This document shows, one piece after another, positions 39,207 through 47,179 of a stretch of 64,000 bases of DNA. The DNA lies in assembly GCA_964598335.1 (NCBI GenBank), contig CAZRBL010000009.1, positions 4,981 to 68,980 of the forward strand, in the 5' to 3' direction. Positions within the stretch are counted from its first letter, which is position 1. Each line of letters starts with the position of its first letter. The notes beneath the pieces were generated by a model, which ran no database searches, was not told the DNA's origin, and saw only the letters and a list, made by a program, of their open reading frames with translations. A program made the translations under genes and the position numbers. This stretch comes from an uncultured Rhodospirillales bacterium (GTDB taxonomy: Bacteria > Pseudomonadota > Alphaproteobacteria > CAZRBL01).

Positions 39207-40019
39207 ATGCTCGCGATATCGCCCGAGGCGCTGATCGCCTCGCTGAACTCGTGGCCGCCGGTGACCATGCTGGCGGTGATGCTGCTGCTTGCTTTTGGCG
39301 GGCTGATCGCGATGGCGCGCTGTTTTGGTGCCGCCGGCATCTATGTCTTCATCGCCGTCGCGGTGATCGGCGCCAATCTGCAGGTTTTGAAAGTCGTTCA
39401 ATTCTCTTTCCTTGCCGATCCGGTCGCGCTCGGCACGATCCTGTTTGCCTCGACTTATCTGGCGACCGATCTGCTGAATGAATTCTACGGCCCGCAGGCG
39501 GCACGCCGCGGCGTGTGGATCGGCTTTGCCGCCTTCAGCCTGTGGACCGCGATCCTGATCGCCACGCTCGGCTTTCAGCCCTTGACCGACGCCCAGGCGG
39601 TTGCCGCCGACATGCCGGGTGCGGCTGCCGTTCAAGGCAAGCTGGCGGCACTCTTCACACCGATGCCGGCGCTGTTCGTCGCCGGCATGGCGGCCTATCT
39701 GATCAGCCAGCTTCTCGACGTCGCCCTGTTTGACGGCATTCGGCGGCGCTCTCAGGGCCGTATGCTGTGGCTGCGCAATACCGGGTCGACGGCAGTTGCG
39801 GCGCTGGTCGACAACGCCGTTTTCAGTATTCTGGCCTGGATCATCCTGGCGCCGGAACCTTTGCCCTGGGGTGTCGTCGTCAGCACCTATATCTTCGGCA
39901 CCTATCTCTTCCGGCTCGCCGCCGCAGCTTTCGACACCCCGTTCATGTATCTGGCGCGACCGCTGCTGCACCGCATTCCTGAGGCGGATGAGGCGCGGCT
40001 TGCGCAGCGCTATGCCTGA
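39207..40019 (+). CDS. yhhQ: Queuosine-precursor transporter (YhhQ/VUT family, DUF165).
   Basis: 270 aa, 6-TM, motifs ...FASTYLATDLLNEFYG... typical of COG1738. Stop overlaps the tgt start. Confidence 0.65.
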   Translation: MLAISPEALIASLNSWPPVTMLAVMLLLAFGGLIAMARCFGAAGIYVFIAVAVIGANLQVLKVVQFSFLADPVALGTILFASTYLATDLLNEFYGPQAARRGVWIGFAAFSLWTAILIATLGFQPLTDAQAVAADMPGAAAVQGKLAALFTPMPALFVAGMAAYLISQLLDVALFDGIRRRSQGRMLWLRNTGSTAVAALVDNAVFSILAWIILAPEPLPWGVVVSTYIFGTYLFRLAAAAFDTPFMYLARPLLHRIPEADEARLAQRYA

Positions 40020-41277
40020 GGGCGGCCAGACAGGCTTCGGTTTCGACGTCATCGGTCGCGACAGCGGCAGCGCGGCCCGCACCGGCATTCTCACCACCCC
40101 GCACGGGGCTGTTGAAACGCCGAATTTCATTTTCTGTGCGACCAAAGCGGCGATCAAGGGGCTGACACCGCTGCAGATGCGCGAGCTCGGCGCGCAGATC
40201 ATCCTGTCCAATACCTATCACCTGATGATTCAGCCCGGCGCCGATGTGATCGAAGGGCAAAACGGCCTGCATCGCTTCACCGGCTGGGATGGGCCGATGC
40301 TGACCGATAGCGGCGGCTTCCAGATTTTTTCCATGGGCCACGGCTCGGTCGCCGACGAAATAAAGGGGCGGCGGAACCAGGCCTCGGGCGGTGCCGGGGA
40401 ACGGCAGGCATCGCTGCTGAACATTGACGAGGAAGGGGCGACCTTCCGTTCCTATCTCGACGGCAGCAAGATTTTTCTCTCGCCCGAGAAATCGATCGAG
40501 ATTCAGCGTAAGCTGGGTGCTGATCTGATCGTGCAGTTTGATGAATGCACACCCTTCCATGTCGACAAGACCTATACCGCCAATTCGATGCGGTTGAGCC
40601 ATCGCTGGGGCGACCGCTCGCTGGCCGAGTTTCAGCGCGGCGATGACGGCAGCCAGCAGCTATACGGTATCGTTCAGGGCGGCGTGTACCCCGATCTCCG
40701 CCGGGAAAGCTCGGAATACACGCGCGACCGCGAATTTTTCGGCACCGCCATCGGCGGCTCGCTCGGCGCGCATCGTGACCAGATGATGGAAGTCGTGTCC
40801 TGGTGCATGCCTCATCTCGCAGCCGACCGACCCGTCCATCTCCTGGGCATCGGCGGGCTGATCGATATTCTGATGGCGGTGAAGCTCGGCATCGACAGTT
40901 TCGATTGCGTCGCGCCGACCCGGATCGCGCGCCATGGCTGGGCGCTGCATCAGGGGCCGTCCGAGCCCGGCAATCGGATCAATCTGCGCAATGCCCGGTT
41001 CCGTGACGATCATCGGCCGCTTGATGAAAACTCGGATTGTCCGATCAGTGGCGGCTATAGCCGTGCCTATCTGCATCATTTGATCCGTGCCGGTGAACCG
41101 CTGGGGCCGATCTTGCTCAGCGCCCATAATGTCCGCACCATGATGCGCCTGATGCAGGAGATCAGAAGGGCGATCCCGAATGGTGGTCTCGACGCGGTTG
41201 CCTCGGCCTGGCTTGCCGAACCGTCGGGAAAACAGGCGGACACTGATCAGACCGAAACCGTCGCCACGATCCAATAA
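40012..41277 (+). CDS. tgt: Queuine tRNA-ribosyltransferase.
   Basis: Start trimmed to MPEGGQTGFGFDV (atg at 40012). LMTDSGGFQIFS and zinc-site motifs. Carries a ~30-aa insertion (GRRNQASGGAGERQASLLNIDEEGATF) relative to canonical Tgt. Confidence 0.85.
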   Translation: MPEGGQTGFGFDVIGRDSGSAARTGILTTPHGAVETPNFIFCATKAAIKGLTPLQMRELGAQIILSNTYHLMIQPGADVIEGQNGLHRFTGWDGPMLTDSGGFQIFSMGHGSVADEIKGRRNQASGGAGERQASLLNIDEEGATFRSYLDGSKIFLSPEKSIEIQRKLGADLIVQFDECTPFHVDKTYTANSMRLSHRWGDRSLAEFQRGDDGSQQLYGIVQGGVYPDLRRESSEYTRDREFFGTAIGGSLGAHRDQMMEVVSWCMPHLAADRPVHLLGIGGLIDILMAVKLGIDSFDCVAPTRIARHGWALHQGPSEPGNRINLRNARFRDDHRPLDENSDCPISGGYSRAYLHHLIRAGEPLGPILLSAHNVRTMMRLMQEIRRAIPNGGLDAVASAWLAEPSGKQADTDQTETVATIQ

Positions 41278-41310
41278 GCAAATCGAACCGGAAGTGATTA
41301 GACGGGGGCC

Positions 41311-42189
41311 ATGCAGTCACTCGAACAGGTCGACGCAATCCGCAAGGCGGTCGACAGCCTGCAGGGTTGGATGCAGCGCTGGCAGCGCGCCGTATTGTTC
41401 GGCGACAGCGATGTGTTGGCGGATGATGAGGCGAAGCCCCCGCCGGTAGCGGTCTTCGATCTCGACCGTGATGCGCCCTCGATCCCCGATCAGCCGGCGC
41501 TCGATCAGGTTACCCGGCTGGCGGCTGAGATGACGCGGGCGGCAGAGCGGATCCGCGCCGATATTCTCGCCGGGGCCGAGCTGACGCGCAGCGATTATGA
41601 TTCGGTGATGGTGCCCTATTGGCGTCTGCGCGATCGTCTTTTGCGCCTCGAAAGGGCTTTTGCGCTCGCCGATTCAACGATTGATCTGTTGACGGGTTTG
41701 AAGACCCGGCGGGCGATGATGACCGATCTGGTCGGAGAGCTGGATCGCCGGCAGCGTTTGGGCCAGCCGCTTACTGTCGCGATGTGCGATATCGACCACT
41801 TCAAGCGGATCAACGACACCTACGGCCACCAGGCGGGCGACCAGGTCCTTGCGGCGATGGCTGCGGTGATCAGTGAAAACATCCGTTCGTTTGATGACGC
41901 CTATCGCATGGGCGGTGAAGAGTTTCTGATCGCGCTCAAAGGGACCGAGCTCGATACCGGCCTGAAAGTTGTCGAGCGATTGCGCGAGCGGCTTGCCAAT
42001 CGGCCGATGACAATCACCGGCAAGGACGGCCACGATCACGAGATTGAGATTACCGCGTCCTTCGGCATCGCCGCCGCCGGAAGCCATGCAGCCGATGTCG
42101 ACGGGCTTTTGCTCGCCGCAGATAAGGCGCTATACCAGGCCAAGGCGGCGGGACGGAATTGCACGGAAGTGGCCGAAGACGCCGCCTGA
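41311..42189 (+). CDS. Diguanylate cyclase (GGDEF domain) with N-terminal coiled-coil region.
   Basis: GGEEF active-site motif (RMGGEEFLIAL) and LTGLKTRRAM I-site context. Confidence 0.8.
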   Translation: MQSLEQVDAIRKAVDSLQGWMQRWQRAVLFGDSDVLADDEAKPPPVAVFDLDRDAPSIPDQPALDQVTRLAAEMTRAAERIRADILAGAELTRSDYDSVMVPYWRLRDRLLRLERAFALADSTIDLLTGLKTRRAMMTDLVGELDRRQRLGQPLTVAMCDIDHFKRINDTYGHQAGDQVLAAMAAVISENIRSFDDAYRMGGEEFLIALKGTELDTGLKVVERLRERLANRPMTITGKDGHDHEIEITASFGIAAAGSHAADVDGLLLAADKALYQAKAAGRNCTEVAEDAA

Positions 42190-42208
42190 ATCGAGTTCCT
42201 TACCAAGC

Positions 42209-42874
42209 ATGGTGCTGGAGGCAGTCTTGCAGCAGAGCCCCGATTTTCCGAACCTCCACATCGTCGATCATCCGCTGGTTCAGCATAAGCTGTCGGCGAT
42301 GCGTGACCGCAAATGTCCGGGCGCGGAATTCCGCCGTCTTCTGCGCGAGATCGCCATGTTGATGGGGTATGAGCTGACCCGGGATCTGCCGGTCAGCGAA
42401 CGCAAGATCGACACCCCGCTGGAAGCAATGCAGGCGCCGCATATTGCGGGTAAGAAGCTGGCCGTTGTGCCGATTTTGCGGGCCGGAATCGGCATGGCCG
42501 ACGGTCTGCTCGATCTCGTTCCCCTGGCCAAGGTCGGCCATCTCGGTCTTGCCCGTGATCCCGAAACCAAGCTGCCGACCGAATATCTGGTAAAACTGCC
42601 GACGCCCAAGGACAGGCTGTTCATCCTGGTCGATCCGATGCTTGCCACGGGCAATTCGGCGGTCCATGCGGTGCGCCGCGTGCGCGAGCACGGCGTTCCG
42701 GCGGATCGGATTCGTCTGATGGCCTTGGTCGGCGCGCCTGAAGGCATGGCCCGTTTCAATGAGGATTTTGCCGATATACGCGTCTATATCGCCGCCCTCG
42801 ATGAGCGACTCGACGAAAAGGCATATATCCGCCCCGGGCTGGGCGATGCCGGGGACCGATTGTTCGGGACCTGA
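42209..42874 (+). CDS. upp: Uracil phosphoribosyltransferase.
   Basis: Start trimmed to MVLEAVLQQSPDFPNLHIVDHPLVQHKLS (atg at 42209). PRPP-binding motif ILVDPMLATGNS. Confidence 0.85.
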   Translation: MVLEAVLQQSPDFPNLHIVDHPLVQHKLSAMRDRKCPGAEFRRLLREIAMLMGYELTRDLPVSERKIDTPLEAMQAPHIAGKKLAVVPILRAGIGMADGLLDLVPLAKVGHLGLARDPETKLPTEYLVKLPTPKDRLFILVDPMLATGNSAVHAVRRVREHGVPADRIRLMALVGAPEGMARFNEDFADIRVYIAALDERLDEKAYIRPGLGDAGDRLFGT

Positions 42875-42928
42875 TGATCGTGTTAAGGATATCGTGCATG
42901 GTCAGTTACCCGATGAGCGGAAAAGGAT

Positions 42929-43357
42929 ATGGACATGCCGGATAAGGCAAGCGGCAGCGAGCTGGAGCGCAAATGCGTCAAGGCCGGTTTGAAGATGACC
43001 GATCAGCGCCGGATAATTCTCGGTGTCCTGAGCGAGGCTGAGGATCATCCCTCGGTCGAAGACGTTTATGATCGGTCGCGGGCGCGTGATGCTTCGATCA
43101 GCATCGCCACCGTTTATCGCACCTTGAACCTGCTGGATCAGCTTGATCTGGTTCAGAAACACGACTTTAATGAGAGTTATTCGCGGTTTGAAGTTAACCT
43201 TGAACACCACCACCATCTGATCGATGTCGAGACCGGTGAGGTGTTCGAGTTTCAAAACGACGAGCTTGAAGTGCTCAAGGAACGTATCGCCGAGGAACTC
43301 GGCTATGAATTGGTAGATCACACGCTGGAACTTTATGGTCGCAAGAAATCTGACTAA
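42929..43357 (+). CDS. Fur-family transcriptional regulator (Irr-like, His-rich HHHH motif).
   Basis: Fur fold motifs (RKCVKAGLKMTDQRRIILGVL, SIATVYRTLNLLDQLDLV). HHHH stretch at residues ~103-106 is reminiscent of the Irr heme-binding HHH motif. Confidence 0.7.
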   Translation: MDMPDKASGSELERKCVKAGLKMTDQRRIILGVLSEAEDHPSVEDVYDRSRARDASISIATVYRTLNLLDQLDLVQKHDFNESYSRFEVNLEHHHHLIDVETGEVFEFQNDELEVLKERIAEELGYELVDHTLELYGRKKSD

Positions 43358-43610
43358 GGTTCGTCGCGTCGACCCGCCTCTGCGCTGCGATTGCCGCATG
43401 GCGGTTCTGCGTGCTTATGACAGCATGACGCAATCCGGTGTTGCTCCGTCCAAGGCGCAGCAAGTTGCGACGCGCGTCTATCGCCACCATCATCCCGAGC
43501 ATGATGTCGAGCATGCCTGTTCCGTCGTTCAGGGCTGGATCGGAAGCGGCCCCTGCGCCCTTAACTGACACGATATCTGAGGAATAGCCGGCGGACCGGC
43601 GAAGGCGATC

Positions 43611-44690
43611 ATGGCGCGACGGTCCGATCTTGATATCGATCTTGAGCTTTACGAGGCTCGCGCCGAGCAACGTCGGCGTGACAGCGGACAGAAGGCGAGC
43701 GGACCGCGGTTTACGCGGCAAAGCTTCAGCTTCGGCGCTGTTCTCCGCAAGATCATCTCGGTGCCCGGCCTGCTGCTGCTGCCCGTTGTTGTGGTGGCGG
43801 CATATTATCTGATCGGTATGGCCCTGATCTATCAGATCAATGACGATCTGACCTTTCGCCCGAAACAGCCGATAAACGGCGGCAGCGCCGTCGCCGATAT
43901 GGGCGCCGCCCTGATTGATCGGGCCGTCAACGATACCGCCTGGCCGGCCAATGATCCCTGGTTCGCCCCGGGCTATTTCCTTGATAATATGGCGAATTTC
44001 CAGCGAGGCACGCTGTATGCCGTGCGTATCATGACCGATCAGCTGCGCCAGGCGATCGGTCGCGAGCGGGGATCGTCCATCGAGGATACGTCACTGAACA
44101 ATGCCTGGAGCCGGCTCAGCATTTCGCCTAATCGCTGGCTCTACAATTTTGGCGATGGCGGCTTCAATCTTATCCCGCAGCGCTCGACCGAGGCGGAATA
44201 TCGCGAGGCAATCGACTTGTTGCGCGATTACAGCCGCCGGGTTGCCAATGGCGAAGCACTGAAACAGGCGCGGCCGGACAATCTCATCGAAGTGCTGCGC
44301 CAGGTGCGCAACGATCTCGGGGCGATGTCGGCGGCCTCGCAGGAATATATCGAGGATCGGCGCACCGACCCGGTGCTCGACGGGCGCCATGATCGTCCCG
44401 CCACCGATTACGAGCTGTATTACCGCGCCAAGGGCATCTGTTACGGCTATTACCTGCTGCTGACGGCCCTTGAGGCTGATTTCGGAGCGATTATCGAGCA
44501 GCGGGATGTCGGCACGCTGTGGCGGTCCATGCTGGATAATCTTGCCACCGTCGGCGCGATGCAGCATTTCATGACGATCAGCGGCGCGCCGGACGGACAA
44601 TTCCTTCCCAACCATCTGGCCAATCAGGGTTTTTACATTTTGCGGGCGCGCATACAGGTGGCTGAGATCATGGATATTCTCAGCAAATAG
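43611..44690 (+). CDS. DUF2333-like membrane-anchored hypothetical protein.
   Basis: 359 aa with one TM helix (LLLLPVVVVAAYYLIGMALIY) after a charged N-terminus. The DUF2333 assignment is by overall resemblance only. Confidence 0.4.
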   Translation: MARRSDLDIDLELYEARAEQRRRDSGQKASGPRFTRQSFSFGAVLRKIISVPGLLLLPVVVVAAYYLIGMALIYQINDDLTFRPKQPINGGSAVADMGAALIDRAVNDTAWPANDPWFAPGYFLDNMANFQRGTLYAVRIMTDQLRQAIGRERGSSIEDTSLNNAWSRLSISPNRWLYNFGDGGFNLIPQRSTEAEYREAIDLLRDYSRRVANGEALKQARPDNLIEVLRQVRNDLGAMSAASQEYIEDRRTDPVLDGRHDRPATDYELYYRAKGICYGYYLLLTALEADFGAIIEQRDVGTLWRSMLDNLATVGAMQHFMTISGAPDGQFLPNHLANQGFYILRARIQVAEIMDILSK

Positions 44691-44706
44691 CACCTGGACC
44701 GAGCCC

Positions 44707-45399
44707 TTGTTCGATGATGCCTGGATTTTGCTGCGCGGTGTCGCCGTCGGGGTGATGATCGCCGCCCCGGTCGGGCCGGTAGCGCTGGTCTGCATGCGCA
44801 CGACCTATGACCGCGGTTTGCGCGCCGGTATGGCCGTCGGCTTCGGTGCCGCGCTGGCCGATGTCGTATATGCGGTGATGGCCGCCTTCGGCCTCGCCGC
44901 CGTGGCGCGCTTCTTCATCGCCCATGATCAGCTTTTCGGGATAGCCGGCGGCGTCGTCATGCTGATTCTGGCCGTCATCATCTGGTTCACGCCGGTGACC
45001 GACGATACGGCCATCGCGGTCAAGGAACGTCCGGGCGTCAAGGGATCGTTTGCGCTCGGCTTTACCATGGCCTTTACCAACCCTTTGACCGTGCTCGGTT
45101 TTGCCGCTGTCTTTGTTGCCCTTGGATTGGCCCCGGCGATGCAGGACCTCGGCGACCGCCTGTCCCTGATTCTGGGCGTTGCGCTGGGGTCGGCAGGATA
45201 CTGGCTCGGTCTTGCCCAGTTGATCGCCCGGACCCGCCATCTGATCCCGCATCGCTGGCTGGTCCTCACCAATCACGGCATTGCCGTGCTGCTCCTGGGG
45301 TTCGGACTCTACACGCTGTATTCCGGCCTATTTGATGAAATGCCGGTCGACACTCAGATGCTTGAAGAAACTGATGGTTTCGCCCCGGCGGAGGATTGA
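44707..45399 (+). CDS. LysE/RhtB-family amino-acid exporter.
   Basis: 230 aa, 6-TM, N-terminal motif GVAVGVMIAAPVGPVALVCM typical of the LysE family. Confidence 0.65.
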   Translation: MFDDAWILLRGVAVGVMIAAPVGPVALVCMRTTYDRGLRAGMAVGFGAALADVVYAVMAAFGLAAVARFFIAHDQLFGIAGGVVMLILAVIIWFTPVTDDTAIAVKERPGVKGSFALGFTMAFTNPLTVLGFAAVFVALGLAPAMQDLGDRLSLILGVALGSAGYWLGLAQLIARTRHLIPHRWLVLTNHGIAVLLLGFGLYTLYSGLFDEMPVDTQMLEETDGFAPAED

Positions 45400-45412
45400 T
45401 TACATCACCGCT

Positions 45413-46417
45413 ATGACCCGTCGCTGCTGGATTCTCATCGCTTTTCTGACCCTTTCGATCAATGTGGCTCCGGCTCAGGTGATTGAGGGTACGCCGCAAC
45501 AGGATTGGGGCGTGGTGTCGATTGTCGATGAAGAGACCGGCGTTTTCTCCTATTGCTCGGTCGAGAACAGCTTCGATAACGGTCTGTCCTTTGCCATTGC
45601 GCGAGATCCGAGCGGGCGGACCAACCTTGCTGTCGGTTTCCCGCAGGCGCGGCTCGATACCGGTGCGCAATTTCCGCTCGAAGTTCGGCTTGATGACGGT
45701 CAGATGCGCGAGATTTCCGGATTTGCCGCCGAGCCGGGCGTGCTGGTGGTCCCGATCGGCAATGATCCCGCCTTCACGGCCGCGCTTGCCGGCGCGCGTC
45801 GGGTCTTTATCCGCGGGCCGAATGATTCCGTCGCCTTTCGGCTCCAGGGCGGAACGGCGGCAATGGCGGCGCTTGACGCCTGCCTCAGGGAAGGCGGCGG
45901 AGGAAATGATGCGCGCGCCTCCGTTCCCCAGACGCCGCGACCGGCGGTGCCTCCGGCGCAGGCCTCCCTGGCGCTGGAAGCGGTGCTGGAAGAGGCTGGT
46001 CTGGCGCCTGATACGTTGATCCGGATCCCCGATGACGATGGTGTTGATCCGTACCGAATGGATTTCGGCTGGCGCTTCGAGAGTTTCTACGGCGGCGCGG
46101 CCGAGCTCCCGCAGGCAGCGGATTTCGCGGAATTGCTCGGCGGCTTTATCGATCGCTTTCAGGATCGCTGCCCCAGCGGCTTCGTTCGCGCGCTGGCCCC
46201 ATTACAGCGTGTCGGCGGTCTGCGCACAGGGCGCGCGCAGCTCGAATGTCGTGATCTGGTGCCGGCAAGCTTTGCCGCTCTGTTCGCCTATAGCGACGGA
46301 CGGATGATGACGATCATCCTGCATGAGGGGGCCGACGCGCAGGCGCGCAATATCGAGGCCGCAACGGACGCCATCGCCTCGGTCATCGAAACCGTGGCGA
46401 TGGACCGCGCCCGATAG
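45413..46417 (+). CDS. Secreted hypothetical protein (334 aa).
   Basis: Start trimmed to MTRRCWILIAFLTLSINVAPAQVIEG (signal peptide; atg at 45413). No recognisable domain. Confidence 0.45.
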   Translation: MTRRCWILIAFLTLSINVAPAQVIEGTPQQDWGVVSIVDEETGVFSYCSVENSFDNGLSFAIARDPSGRTNLAVGFPQARLDTGAQFPLEVRLDDGQMREISGFAAEPGVLVVPIGNDPAFTAALAGARRVFIRGPNDSVAFRLQGGTAAMAALDACLREGGGGNDARASVPQTPRPAVPPAQASLALEAVLEEAGLAPDTLIRIPDDDGVDPYRMDFGWRFESFYGGAAELPQAADFAELLGGFIDRFQDRCPSGFVRALAPLQRVGGLRTGRAQLECRDLVPASFAALFAYSDGRMMTIILHEGADAQARNIEAATDAIASVIETVAMDRAR

Positions 46418-46429
46418 GAGACGGTTTCG

Positions 46430-46807
46430 TTAAAGGCGGAGATCGATTCGGGGGCCTGCGACGGGACGTTCCATGGCGAAGGCATAGCTGAGAACGCCGT
46501 TGATCATCGCCCGGCGCTCATCCGCTGAAATCTCATCCGAGGCGTTCCCGTCGCCCGCCTCATGCCGCTGATCATTCTGGCCGAGGAGCTGGGCGTCGAA
46601 CGGGGCCGAGCTTTGCCGCTGGCCGTAGCGCGCGCTCCAGCGTCCGACCAGCTCAGCGTCGATTGTCCGGGCATGCTGACCCTGCTGGTCGGCATGGCGC
46701 AGGCGGTCAGAAGCCGGGCCGACGGCATAAGCACCGCTGACCGGGGTCATCGCCCGGCTGCGGGAGAGGGCGTTGCCGCCTGCTATGATGCCGTTATTTT
46801 CAATCAT
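46430..46807 (-). CDS. Hypothetical protein (125 aa), uncertain. An overlapping plus-strand ORF from 46562 is an equally plausible alternative.
   Basis: ORF only. Third-position GC counts I did by hand do not discriminate between the two strands. Confidence 0.2.
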   Translation of the reverse strand: MIENNGIIAGGNALSRSRAMTPVSGAYAVGPASDRLRHADQQGQHARTIDAELVGRWSARYGQRQSSAPFDAQLLGQNDQRHEAGDGNASDEISADERRAMINGVLSYAFAMERPVAGPRIDLRL

Positions 46808-46849
46808 CGAGTGTCAGCGATGGAAACGTCCGGTCCGGTTGAGCCTGAT

Positions 46850-47060
46850 CGGCCCGAAAGTCAGCTCGGGCCGCGCAAATGCAAAACTTCTTCAGCAAGT
46901 TCTAATAAAAAGAAGTGTGAATTTGTTCACAGAAATAGACTTAACGTTTGCACGAGTCAATTTAGAATTTTATGGAAATCGTTGGTAAGTGCCGGATTAA
47001 CCATACCTGTTTATATTCCGGTCGATAATTTTTTGTGTATACGTCTTGATAGTAACACTT
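46850..47060. promoter_or_regulatory. AT-rich island upstream of the PAS-GGDEF-EAL gene: probable promoter/regulatory region.
   Basis: Read directly: ttctaataaaaagaagtgtgaatttgttcacagaaatagacttaacgtttgcacgagtcaatttagaattttatggaaatcg...gataattttttgtgtatacgtcttgatagtaacactttgtaaag. Contains the inverted repeat TGTGAATTTGTTCACA. Confidence 0.5.
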
Positions 47061-47179
47061 TGTAAAGCGCGTCCGACGCACGATCCACCCGGATAAAGAG
47101 GGCGGCGCGGCCGAAAACGGCCGCCGTCGCAGAGCACAAACCGAGCTAGGCTGTTCAAAGGACAGATTGCGGCGCCGAC

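Noticed and set aside
39192-40602. 339-aa and 219-aa minus-strand ORFs over yhhQ/tgt.
   Set aside because: They are shadow ORFs. The plus-strand genes have conserved motifs and coupled start/stop.
46562-47065. 167-aa plus-strand ORF running into the AT-rich island.
   Set aside because: Its C-terminal third is translated from AT-rich non-coding-looking sequence (KKKCEFVHRNRLNV...). The first ~100 codons could still be a short gene, but hand counts of third-position GC did not discriminate it from the overlapping minus-strand ORF.
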